Source: Elusimicrobiota bacterium (GTDB lineage Bacteria > CG03 > SLGR01 > JBDRKX01). From it: a stretch of 14,832 nucleotides of DNA. Positions 1 through 7,527 of this stretch are shown here, one piece after another. The notes beneath the pieces were generated by a model. That model saw only the letters and a list, made by a program, of their open reading frames with translations, was not told the DNA's origin and ran no database searches. Each line of letters opens with the position of its first letter. Position 1 is the first letter of the stretch. The DNA lies in NCBI GenBank assembly GCA_043813605.1, contig JBDRKX010000066.1, positions 1 through 14,832 on the forward strand, read 5' to 3'. Position numbers and translations under genes: made by a program.

Positions 1-146
1 GAGTTAAGAAATGACACACAGAAGTAGCTCAATGAATTTTGTCATCATTTTTATCGACGAAGACATTACCAGAAAATATTCTTTTGGCATGTCTTGAAAA
101 GGAGGAAATGGCCTTTTCTGCGCTAACTGAGTAGTCATCAAGAGGA

Positions 147-728
147 ATGGCCGCGTATAAAAAAAAAGCCTCAAAGCTGAAAGCATTTCTGGTCTTTGTA
201 GACGAAAGCGGTATGATGATGGCGCCGCTTGTACGGCGAAGTCGGGCACCTCTGGGTTTGACACCAATTCTTTTTCAACGTACGTGTTCTCATAAGAAAG
301 TTTCCGCAATTGCCGCACTATGTGTCTCCCCAAAAAGAGATCGGGTATACCTTTATTCCCGTCTTCATCCTGATGCCAATATAAATACTTCATTGGTTTG
401 TGATTTTCTCAAAAACCTTTCCAGGCAAATACCCGGCCCAAAAGTTCTGATTTGGGACCGCTTTACGGCGCACAGAGCAATAAAGGTGAAGGCTTTTATG
501 CAGAAATCTGATATTCATTCGTTTCATTTCCCTCCTTATGCTCCTGAGCTTAATCCTGTTGAAAATGTATGGGGATATTTAAAAACTAATCCCATGGCAA
601 ATTTAGCGATGGCTGATCTCAACTCTTTGGCCAAAGCAACTCATGGCCACGGCCGTTCCCTGCAAAGAAAAGAACAGCTTCTCCATTCTTTTGTTAAACA
701 TACCCCTCTTTTTTTACGCCTTAAATAG
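147..728 (+). pseudogene. IS630-family transposase, catalytic DDE domain only (ORF B)
   Basis: Motifs FVDESG, LIWD-x4-H and FPPYAPELNPVENVWGYLK are the IS630/Tc1 DDE_3 triad. The N-terminal HTH part is absent because the ORF A frame hits TAA at 124-126. The ATG at 147 is probably not the natural start. Confidence 0.88.
157..168 (+). other. Slippery A9G run: -1 frameshift or transcriptional slippage site joining IS630 ORF A to ORF B
   Basis: Frame 0 reads TGG CCG CGT ATA AAA AAA AAG CCT CAA AGC TGA (WPRIKKKPQS*). The -1 frame reads KKKASKLKAFLVFVDE into the DDE domain. Confidence 0.8.
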
Positions 729-781
729 GACGTTACTTATGCAGGCGTCAATAGTAAGTAAATTCCGTGGAGCGGGAGAGA

Positions 782-1996
782 TCAGTCAAAGACTATCTTG
801 CGGTCCTGGATGTATTCTTTCCATTTTTCGGCCCAGTATGTACCTATGCCTATCCTTGAATCAAGTATCTCTTCCAGACTGTAAAACGGGCGCAGTTTTT
901 TTAGCTTTTTCAGTCTGTGAGGCCCTATGCCGGGAAGTGTCATCAAAACAGAGTCATCGTTTTCAGAATTAAGGTAGATGGTCTTTTTACCGGCTGTACC
1001 GGAAGCGGTTTTTTTGCTGACTGAAACGGGATCGCCGGCAGTGGCAGACTGCTTATCTGCTTTAGTGGTTTCAGCATTGTTTATTTTTATGGCTTTCTTA
1101 AGTATTTTTTGCGGAGTTTGAGTATTTTTCTGCCGGACAGGCTCTTGTTCTTTCTTTTGAGCATAATCGGGATGCGGCAGAGGCTGTTTGTTGTTATCTA
1201 TATTGTATGTGTATATCCTGGATTTTTCTGATGTGACATGTTTTTTAAGTTTCTCCTTGGATTCCTTGCTCGGTTTGTCAAGATTCATCGGGCCCTCAAA
1301 ACATATCGTTTCCCTGTATTCGTCCATTGATTCAAGCGTGATAAGGTTTCTTTTTTTATCATCCATGACGACCTTGTAGGGTATGTTCTTGTTTTTGATC
1401 ACAACTTCGATCACATCATTGGCCTTTGGTATTATCCGGTTTGTAGTAAAATCATATATATAGAATATACCCGATACAATTATTACCAGGAAAAGCAGGT
1501 ACCCGAATAATGCGATAAACCTGTCCTGCTGTATTTCGTTTTTCTTGTTTTCAAGGTACTTGATGGACTCTTCCGTCTGCTCTCTGTGCATATCGATATG
1601 TTTCTGTGAATCTTCTATCTCTTTCTCTTTCCTTGAGAGGTCGTACTTATGCATCATCATACTGTTCCTCTCTTCAGAGATCTTCAGAAACGCATTCTTC
1701 AGTTTTTCGAGTTCTTTTGATTCTATACTACTGTACTTGTCGAACTGGAGCTGATAAGTGCCTTTGTAATCAAAAAGGAGTACATTATTCAGGAGATATT
1801 CGTCATTTTCTTCAAAATACGGCAGTCCGGAATCAGACCATACGACAAAACATATCTTGCCTGAATCATCGCTGGCTGTTCCCTCTTGCCTCATGTACTT
1901 ATCTGTGATTTTTCCGGCCTCTTCCACTCTTATATGTACGGTGTATCTCTTTCCTACTTTTTTTAGTTCACTGATTTTGGTTATCTTATTTTTCAT
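782..1996 (-). CDS. Single-pass membrane protein: RPA/SSB-like OB fold + coiled coil + TM helix + C-terminal ComEA-like helix-hairpin-helix domain
   Basis: aa ~4-92 show an OB pattern (KISEL...RQEGTASDDSGKICFVVW...FEENDEYLLNNV...YKGTYQLQFDKYSSIE). aa ~93-158 are a charged helical stretch. aa 160-181 are hydrophobic (FIALFGYLLFLVIIVSGIFYIY). aa ~337-404 read IYLNS...LMTLPGIGP...RPFYSLEEILDSRIGIG, a tandem HhH. Confidence 0.8.
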   Translation of the reverse strand: MKNKITKISELKKVGKRYTVHIRVEEAGKITDKYMRQEGTASDDSGKICFVVWSDSGLPYFEENDEYLLNNVLLFDYKGTYQLQFDKYSSIESKELEKLKNAFLKISEERNSMMMHKYDLSRKEKEIEDSQKHIDMHREQTEESIKYLENKKNEIQQDRFIALFGYLLFLVIIVSGIFYIYDFTTNRIIPKANDVIEVVIKNKNIPYKVVMDDKKRNLITLESMDEYRETICFEGPMNLDKPSKESKEKLKKHVTSEKSRIYTYNIDNNKQPLPHPDYAQKKEQEPVRQKNTQTPQKILKKAIKINNAETTKADKQSATAGDPVSVSKKTASGTAGKKTIYLNSENDDSVLMTLPGIGPHRLKKLKKLRPFYSLEEILDSRIGIGTYWAEKWKEYIQDRKIVFD

Positions 1997-2039
1997 GTTC
2001 TTTTTTATATATCACTCTAATATATTAATTTTTTTTTTA

Positions 2040-2068
2040 TTGTAAAGAGGCAGTATAATTGCTATAAT
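2040..2068 (+). promoter_or_regulatory. sigma70-like promoter for the zf-TFIIB gene
   Basis: TTGTAA (2040-2045), a 17 bp spacer, then TATAAT (2063-2068) preceded by TG-n (extended -10). A second TATAAT lies at 2054-2059. Confidence 0.65.
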
Positions 2069-2093
2069 TAATCAGTAGGTGAAAGGAGGATAT

Positions 2094-2516
2094 ATGAATT
2101 GTCCAAGGTGTGACTCAGATCTTAAGGATTATATACTTGTCGGGAAAATATATCACAAATGCGAAGACTGCGGCGGATTATGGTTTGACAGGGGCGAACT
2201 CGCTCAGATAATGCAGGAAAAGAAATGGTTTATGATAGATTCCACTCATAAACATGCGTCTGCCAGGATCGCAAGCAGTGAACTCTTTTGTCCACGGGAA
2301 GGCTCTCTCCTGAAAACTGTGGAATACGGTCACGAAACAGATATAAAAGTCGATATCTGCCCTGATTGTGAAGGATTGTGGCTTGATGCCGGCGAGATAC
2401 AGGCTATCCATAAAGCCGGCGAAACCTGGCTTGAAAGGATAAAGGGCATAATCGAAGAAGATCTTACTGCTGTTGAACTCTTTCTTATCAAGATAGGCCC
2501 GTATCTGCCTGGATAA
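2094..2516 (+). CDS. Tandem zf-TFIIB-type zinc-ribbon protein
   Basis: Two repeats: CPRC...CEDCGGLWFDRGEL and CPRE...DICPDCEGLWLDAGEI. A strong SD (AAAGGAGG) directly before ATG 2094 favours this start over GTG 2079. Confidence 0.88.
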   Translation: MNCPRCDSDLKDYILVGKIYHKCEDCGGLWFDRGELAQIMQEKKWFMIDSTHKHASARIASSELFCPREGSLLKTVEYGHETDIKVDICPDCEGLWLDAGEIQAIHKAGETWLERIKGIIEEDLTAVELFLIKIGPYLPG

Positions 2517-2522
2517 TCCCCT

Positions 2523-3665
2523 CTAGTCTATTATAGCGTCACCAACACCGTCCGGTTCATCTTCCGGATGATCCGTTTCCCTTGCAAATCTTATCCTTTT
2601 TCTGATAAAAGCAAGCAGAGAAAAATATATTGTAAGAGGGATAACAAGAAATAATATAAAGAACTGCCATGAAACAAGAGCCGAAGCTTCTCCACCGGTG
2701 ATATATTGTGTAGTGAACCTGTCGATATTCCATATTATCAATAAGAATGCCGTATAGATAACACTGAAGTTAGTTGCGGGATTACTGGCTTTGAAAAGCT
2801 CCAGCCCTTCCGTACGCTCTTTCATGAAAGGCCACAGCAGTGATCCGCCGATATGTCCTGTCATGTCTTCCGTAATATGTGTAGCGAATCCGATAAATGC
2901 CACCGTTCCATAAAGCCACCAGTTCTGTATGCCGATAAAATACGAGATCATAAATACCGGGATCGTCAAAAAAGCGCCGAAAACATATGAGTGGCTCCAA
3001 GTCCTGTGCCACGGGAGCCAGTTAAAAAATATCTTTCCGTCTTTTTCGGTTTTAAGCCCGAACATCGTACTTGAAAGAATATCTATAGTAGAAGGTTTGA
3101 TATCGGTTTTAGGCGCATTCTCACCCCGGATGCATTTCCGGGCAAAACGCACTAAAGCGTTCAGCCAGTCTGTCTCAGAACTTTCAGGTTTAAGCTGTTT
3201 ACTGAAATGCGCCGTACCAACTCTTTCCCCTGTATATGCTGTTCCGGGTATAGGTACCTGAGAAGTACTGACGATCTCGTTGATCTGCACTGATACTTCC
3301 TTGTTGCCGAATATTATGCAGTATTGCCGCCAGCGGCTTGCCCCGAGTTGTATGGGGAAAAACTGTATCTTGACTTCTTTGCCTGTCTGGGACGCTTTTT
3401 CTACTGCAGCGGCAAAGGTATCCGCCATCAGTTGCGGATCAGGATTACGCGGATCAGGATCGACTTCAAAATCAGGCTGTTCGAGATACTGTCCTAATTT
3501 GAAATCCAGTGTATCGGAAAGCATGCCGTACATTCCCGCAAGTACAAGTATCATGCTGCTCGCGGCATCAGCGACATCCATCTTGGATGATACGGACATT
3601 CTTGAGACGATCGGGATAAATGTAGCTGCAGCTACACCGGAAATAAAATGAGTAAGGCCTTTCAC
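2523..3665 (-). CDS. YdjM-family membrane-bound metal-dependent hydrolase with a large soluble insertion
   Basis: Motifs M-x4-H (MKGLTH), LSDTLD (variant of LPDxD), HRTWSHS and THITED, with several TM segments. GTG start lies 5 bp after the upstream stop. Confidence 0.85.
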   Translation of the reverse strand: MKGLTHFISGVAAATFIPIVSRMSVSSKMDVADAASSMILVLAGMYGMLSDTLDFKLGQYLEQPDFEVDPDPRNPDPQLMADTFAAAVEKASQTGKEVKIQFFPIQLGASRWRQYCIIFGNKEVSVQINEIVSTSQVPIPGTAYTGERVGTAHFSKQLKPESSETDWLNALVRFARKCIRGENAPKTDIKPSTIDILSSTMFGLKTEKDGKIFFNWLPWHRTWSHSYVFGAFLTIPVFMISYFIGIQNWWLYGTVAFIGFATHITEDMTGHIGGSLLWPFMKERTEGLELFKASNPATNFSVIYTAFLLIIWNIDRFTTQYITGGEASALVSWQFFILFLVIPLTIYFSLLAFIRKRIRFARETDHPEDEPDGVGDAIID

Positions 3666-3670
3666 CTGGT

Positions 3671-5083
3671 TTACACCAGCCCCAGAAAAGCTGTCACACT
3701 GTCACTGTAACCTGCCATATTCAGTGTTATAGGCACAAGGAGCACTGCCATGCAATGGCTTCTGCGGCAATTATAAAAAACCGGTATCATCCCGATACAT
3801 GAAGTAATAAGGCTTACACCTATCCCTATCCATCCACCGCCCATGATATATATTATCACAAAGATAATAAGAAGAGATACCATGTAGATAAGTTTCAGAT
3901 CCAGTTTGTGGAGTATCCTGATAGTTATATCTATTGTATAAGTCATGAGGATAAAAGCGGCAGAAGCGCTTGTGAGTATGGTGCCGATCATTATAAGAAA
4001 ATCACCTTTTTCCGCAATGAATACGGGTTTTAGTATGAAAGTCAACCCCCCTCTTCCCGTACCAAAAGGAGTTAGTTCAGTAAGAACGAAAAGCATCAGG
4101 AATGCGCCTACATAATAAAGTATTTTTGTAACACCGCCGGCTATGAGAAATACCCTCTCCTGCCTGTAGTACATCTCGGGAGTATCCAGGTGTACGATGG
4201 TACCTTCTTCTATAGGGTTTCTATATTCGGCTCTCTCAAGGTTCCTGTGGTTGGTAGCGTGTCCGGCAAGCATGGAACCTATACCGGCTGTTACTCCGGG
4301 CAGGTATGCGGCTATCATACCGCCAACGAATCCCGGTAACGTGGAATAGGCAAAATCCTTCCAGTCAGCATTGACATAACGGGAATTATATTGTTCCGGA
4401 ATGGTGTAATCGGATATCAGGTTCTGTACGATAGAGGGAATTGCAAAGAATCCGATGAACACAGGCATGATGTTCTGAAAACTCATTTCCGCTGTTACAA
4501 GGGGCTTGCTCAGGTATATCAGTCCGAATATGCCCGCAAGGACAAAGGTCGTTATCCCTGCGAAACAGTTTCTCCAGGCTTTACGGAACCTTTCCCAGGG
4601 AGTCCTGCCCCTGCCTGCCCCTTTAGGCCATTCACTGAGGATATAATGGGCTATTATCAACCCGAGTATCCAGTGCAGGTGAGGCCCGGTCGAAGCGGCG
4701 ATATACGGCCAAATAAACCAGAAGAACGGATAAAGTGCGACAAGTAAAAATGCGCCTATGAGCGTTCCTATGCCGCTCATCAAGGCAGCATCTTTGCCTC
4801 TTTTTCTTGAGACAAGATCGTTAGACGGGAGCATTGAAACTCCTGCCGATTCATCAGCCGCATTAAGGAATGTCATGGGTATAGTATTCATAAACGAATA
4901 AGCCACAACCAGAGACATAAAAAAAGGTGCCAGCGCATAATAAGGAATAAGCTCTTTTGCGCTCATCCAGATTACAATCGCGATCCCTGCCACATTGTAT
5001 ATATGCAGTGACGGGATAAGGCAGAGCAGCGAGCCGCAGAATGTGCCGGCAAGAACATACACTATTATCAGACCGCTGTTCAT
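3671..5083 (-). CDS. TctA/DUF112-like polytopic membrane protein (tripartite tricarboxylate transporter large-subunit family), no tctB/tctC in window
   Basis: About 11-12 hydrophobic segments, with the duplicated Gly-rich signature GTFCGSLLCLIPSLH / GFVGGMIAAYLPGV, plus FMNTIPMTFL and SMLP motifs. The start is placed at ATG 5083, 7 bp after the upstream stop, rather than at 5152. Confidence 0.8.
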   Translation of the reverse strand: MNSGLIIVYVLAGTFCGSLLCLIPSLHIYNVAGIAIVIWMSAKELIPYYALAPFFMSLVVAYSFMNTIPMTFLNAADESAGVSMLPSNDLVSRKRGKDAALMSGIGTLIGAFLLVALYPFFWFIWPYIAASTGPHLHWILGLIIAHYILSEWPKGAGRGRTPWERFRKAWRNCFAGITTFVLAGIFGLIYLSKPLVTAEMSFQNIMPVFIGFFAIPSIVQNLISDYTIPEQYNSRYVNADWKDFAYSTLPGFVGGMIAAYLPGVTAGIGSMLAGHATNHRNLERAEYRNPIEEGTIVHLDTPEMYYRQERVFLIAGGVTKILYYVGAFLMLFVLTELTPFGTGRGGLTFILKPVFIAEKGDFLIMIGTILTSASAAFILMTYTIDITIRILHKLDLKLIYMVSLLIIFVIIYIMGGGWIGIGVSLITSCIGMIPVFYNCRRSHCMAVLLVPITLNMAGYSDSVTAFLGLV

Positions 5084-5090
5084 CAGAGAT

Positions 5091-6623
5091 TCACCATATC
5101 CTCGTTTTCGTGTAATCTGCGATCTCAAGGCGTATTTCACCGCCTCCGGCAATGACTTTCATGGGCCCTTTTATTGACGCCGCACCTGAATTGACAAGAG
5201 TGAAACCTTCGATCTTCTCCTCTTCCGGATAGGGAATAAAAATATATGTTCCGGTTCCGGTGAGTTTAAGGTATGATCCGTCTACACCCAGTTCAAGGCC
5301 GGCGATTTTAGAGTTTATCATCATTATGGTACCGCTGTCATTCTTTTTGACATCTTCAGCTTCTTTCATAAGCAATTTCGAGACATCAATAAGCGGTTTA
5401 TCTTTAACCGGTTCAATGGCCGGTGCCGATCTCATTTTCTTTGAACCCGGCTTCTTACCTGGCGCTCCTTCTGTTATCCTGACTTTTTTGAAATCCGGTA
5501 TTCTTAAACGGATCCTGCCGTTATCCTGCATTTCAACATAAACCGGTGTTGTTATCCTTCCGTTACCTCTCGTAAGTGTCATGCAGCCCGGCAGCCGTTC
5601 CCACCTGGGATATCGCACATATATTTCAGGAGCGCCTTTGCCGAGATCGAGCGACACTCCGGTTTCACCCAGATTGACTCCATTGACAGAAGAGTCTATC
5701 AGGAAGACCTTTTTATCATCAGCAGGCCGTATTTTAGCCGGATCTATTTTTACAAGACCGGAGATCTCCGGTCTTGTAATACTGACGATATTCGACGGGT
5801 CAGCCGGTTCTATGATCTTTATCTGGGGAGCTTTCCTGTATACATCCACCCTTACTTTTATCCTGAATCTGTTCCATTGCTCTTTCATGGATTCTTTGAT
5901 ATCACTATTGATTTTGTCGAATTCATTCTCATAGAGCACCATCTCGATCTCTCCGGAGTCGTCACCAAGCAGGAATTTGTGCATCACAAAACCTTTACGC
6001 GTAGCGAATTCTTCATAGTCTATTATATCTGCAGTTATCCAGTAGAGCTCTGTTTCATCATCTGAGGTTATATCTCCTACAGGTTTTCCCAGTATTTCAT
6101 ATTTTTTTATGATCTCAAGCCTTGATGGTATCGAAAGGAACATGGATACACCCCATGCCTGGGAGATGTTGAGTGAGCCTGTTATCTTTATCCTGTCTTT
6201 GAGCGCTGGCATGTTTTTTCCGAGGTCGTTGCGGAATTTATCAAGTTTGTTAAAAGCGTTCAGCTTGATGTTGCCTGTGCCGTCATTAAGCGTCAGCTTC
6301 ATGGTGTTCTTCTCTTCATCAAAGACGAGCTGTACTACTTCACCTTCTATCATGACAAGCGCGTTGTTCATGGTCTCCGTTATATCGGATATAAGTACAG
6401 ATTCCGGCATCTTGTTATATGTGGCAAACCAGAGAAGCATGAGCCCTACCACCGATCCGGCAATGGCAATCCTGCGTACAACTGATACTGAAGTGCGCCT
6501 TTCAACTCTTGCACCGCATCGTACACATACGGGGATAATGCCGGAAAAATAGCCGCATACGGGGCATACCGCTTTGCTCTCTTCGGGGTTTACCGGCGGA
6601 ATTCTTTTTTTTATTGCACTCAT
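5091..6623 (-). CDS. Membrane-anchored multi-OB-fold nucleic-acid-binding protein with N-terminal zinc ribbon
   Basis: CPVC-x9-CVRC at aa 20-36 and a TM helix at aa ~52-69. OB1 (aa ~76-172) contains VMIEGEV...TLNDGTGNI...DRIKITGSL. OB2 (aa ~181-282) contains LLGDDSGEIEMVL...VDVYRKAPQI. Two further mutually similar ~90 aa beta-rich repeats follow. Confidence 0.82.
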   Translation of the reverse strand: MSAIKKRIPPVNPEESKAVCPVCGYFSGIIPVCVRCGARVERRTSVSVVRRIAIAGSVVGLMLLWFATYNKMPESVLISDITETMNNALVMIEGEVVQLVFDEEKNTMKLTLNDGTGNIKLNAFNKLDKFRNDLGKNMPALKDRIKITGSLNISQAWGVSMFLSIPSRLEIIKKYEILGKPVGDITSDDETELYWITADIIDYEEFATRKGFVMHKFLLGDDSGEIEMVLYENEFDKINSDIKESMKEQWNRFRIKVRVDVYRKAPQIKIIEPADPSNIVSITRPEISGLVKIDPAKIRPADDKKVFLIDSSVNGVNLGETGVSLDLGKGAPEIYVRYPRWERLPGCMTLTRGNGRITTPVYVEMQDNGRIRLRIPDFKKVRITEGAPGKKPGSKKMRSAPAIEPVKDKPLIDVSKLLMKEAEDVKKNDSGTIMMINSKIAGLELGVDGSYLKLTGTGTYIFIPYPEEEKIEGFTLVNSGAASIKGPMKVIAGGGEIRLEIADYTKTRIW

Positions 6624-6632
6624 TTGATATCC

Positions 6633-7058
6633 TTATTCTATATCCTGTTTGTCTATATACTCAATATCAATATGATCGCCCGATACGGAATTCCGGGCGT
6701 AAACCGCTTTAAACCTGTTTTTGAGCCATTGTCTCAGCATATTCCTGGTAACCGGTATAAGAGTGGCAAATCCTGTTATATCCGTTATAAATCCCGGTGT
6801 CAGAAGCAGTATCCCCCCGGCAAGTATAAGAACGCCGTCAAGCAGCCTGTCGCCCGGGATCGAGCCCATATTCAGTTCATTCTGTATTTTGCCCAATACT
6901 GCAAGCCCTTGCGTCTTCGCAAGATAAGCGCCGGTTATACCGGTGAAGAGGACGATCGAGATGGTATTGAATATCCCTATATATGAGCCTATTTTAAGGA
7001 GAAGAACGAGTTCGATAAGCGGTAGGGCGGTGAATAATAGAATAAGATATAAAAGCAT
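6633..7058 (-). CDS. fxsA: FxsA family membrane protein
   Basis: Family signatures LPLIELVLLLKIG, TGITGAYLAKTQG and GGILLLTPGFITD. Confidence 0.93.
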   Translation of the reverse strand: MLLYLILLFTALPLIELVLLLKIGSYIGIFNTISIVLFTGITGAYLAKTQGLAVLGKIQNELNMGSIPGDRLLDGVLILAGGILLLTPGFITDITGFATLIPVTRNMLRQWLKNRFKAVYARNSVSGDHIDIEYIDKQDIE

Positions 7059-7061
7059 CGT

Positions 7062-7517
7062 TCAAGCGCCGCTGTTATCTTTGCGGAGTACCTTAAGTTT
7101 GATATCTATGAATTCATTATGCGGTATGTGCAGGACCTTTGAAAGCCTGTGTACTAGGTGGTCTTCGTACTTATCCAGGCGGTCATCAGTATATATCAGA
7201 GTCCATACCTTTTCTATAAGGTCCAGTTTTTCTTTATTAGAATATTTGCTGTTGATCATATTTATGTAACGCCATTTATTTGTATCTTCTTCCAGGATAC
7301 GATCAGCGGTCTCTATCAAAAGTTCGGTATCTTCCCGGCTCAAGTTAAAATCCTGTGCGAGTATATCGACTATAAACTGCCGTTCTTCATCGCTGAAATT
7401 ATTGTCGGAATATGCGACTTCCAGCAGGATGACTCCGGCAGCAAGAGCTATATCATCAGCAATGGTTTCCGGTACAGCCTGCTCAGCTTTTAAATACTTG
7501 TTAAGCAAATCAAACAT
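7062..7517 (-). CDS. TerB-family (tellurite resistance/DjlA-N-like) protein
   Basis: LLEVAYSDNNFSDEE and VWTLIYTDDRLDKYEDHLVHRLSKVL give the duplicated AxxDGxxxxxE-type TerB motif. Confidence 0.88.
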   Translation of the reverse strand: MFDLLNKYLKAEQAVPETIADDIALAAGVILLEVAYSDNNFSDEERQFIVDILAQDFNLSREDTELLIETADRILEEDTNKWRYINMINSKYSNKEKLDLIEKVWTLIYTDDRLDKYEDHLVHRLSKVLHIPHNEFIDIKLKVLRKDNSGA

Positions 7518-7527
7518 AAATGCTCCT

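Larger units (their letters stand above)
139..753 (+). mobile_element. Partial IS630-family insertion sequence (3' half, right end present, left part missing)
   Basis: Contains the end of ORF A (QEEWPRIKK), an A9G run at 159-168 and the DDE ORF B. It is followed by ...TTACTTATGCAGGCGTCAA|TA, which ends in a TA dinucleotide (752-753) as expected for the IS630 target site. The left boundary is approximate. Confidence 0.85.

Noticed and set aside
4..393. 129 aa minus-strand ORF
   Set aside because: Mostly antisense to the IS630 transposase, spans the junction, and has no recognisable motif.
763..777. Small hairpin TTCCG-TGGAG-CGGGA as a terminator
   Set aside because: Only a 5 bp stem with a G-U pair on the plus strand, weaker on the minus strand, and no convincing U tract.
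643..972. 109 aa plus-strand ORF
   Set aside because: Overlaps the transposase end and is antisense to the HhH domain; no motif.
3436..3460. Short direct repeat CGGATCAGGAT x2
   Set aside because: Explained by the coding repeat DPDPRNPDP. Only two copies, so not a CRISPR or regulatory array.
3671..5083. Complete TctABC tricarboxylate transporter
   Set aside because: No TctB or TctC (Bug-family binding protein) gene in the window.
5084..5152. N-terminal extension of the TctA-like ORF from 5152
   Set aside because: It would overlap the upstream gene by about 60 bp. ATG 5083 follows the upstream stop by 7 bp and begins the first TM segment.
7062..7517. Tellurite-resistance (ter) operon
   Set aside because: Only a lone TerB-fold gene is present, with no terA/C/D/Z.
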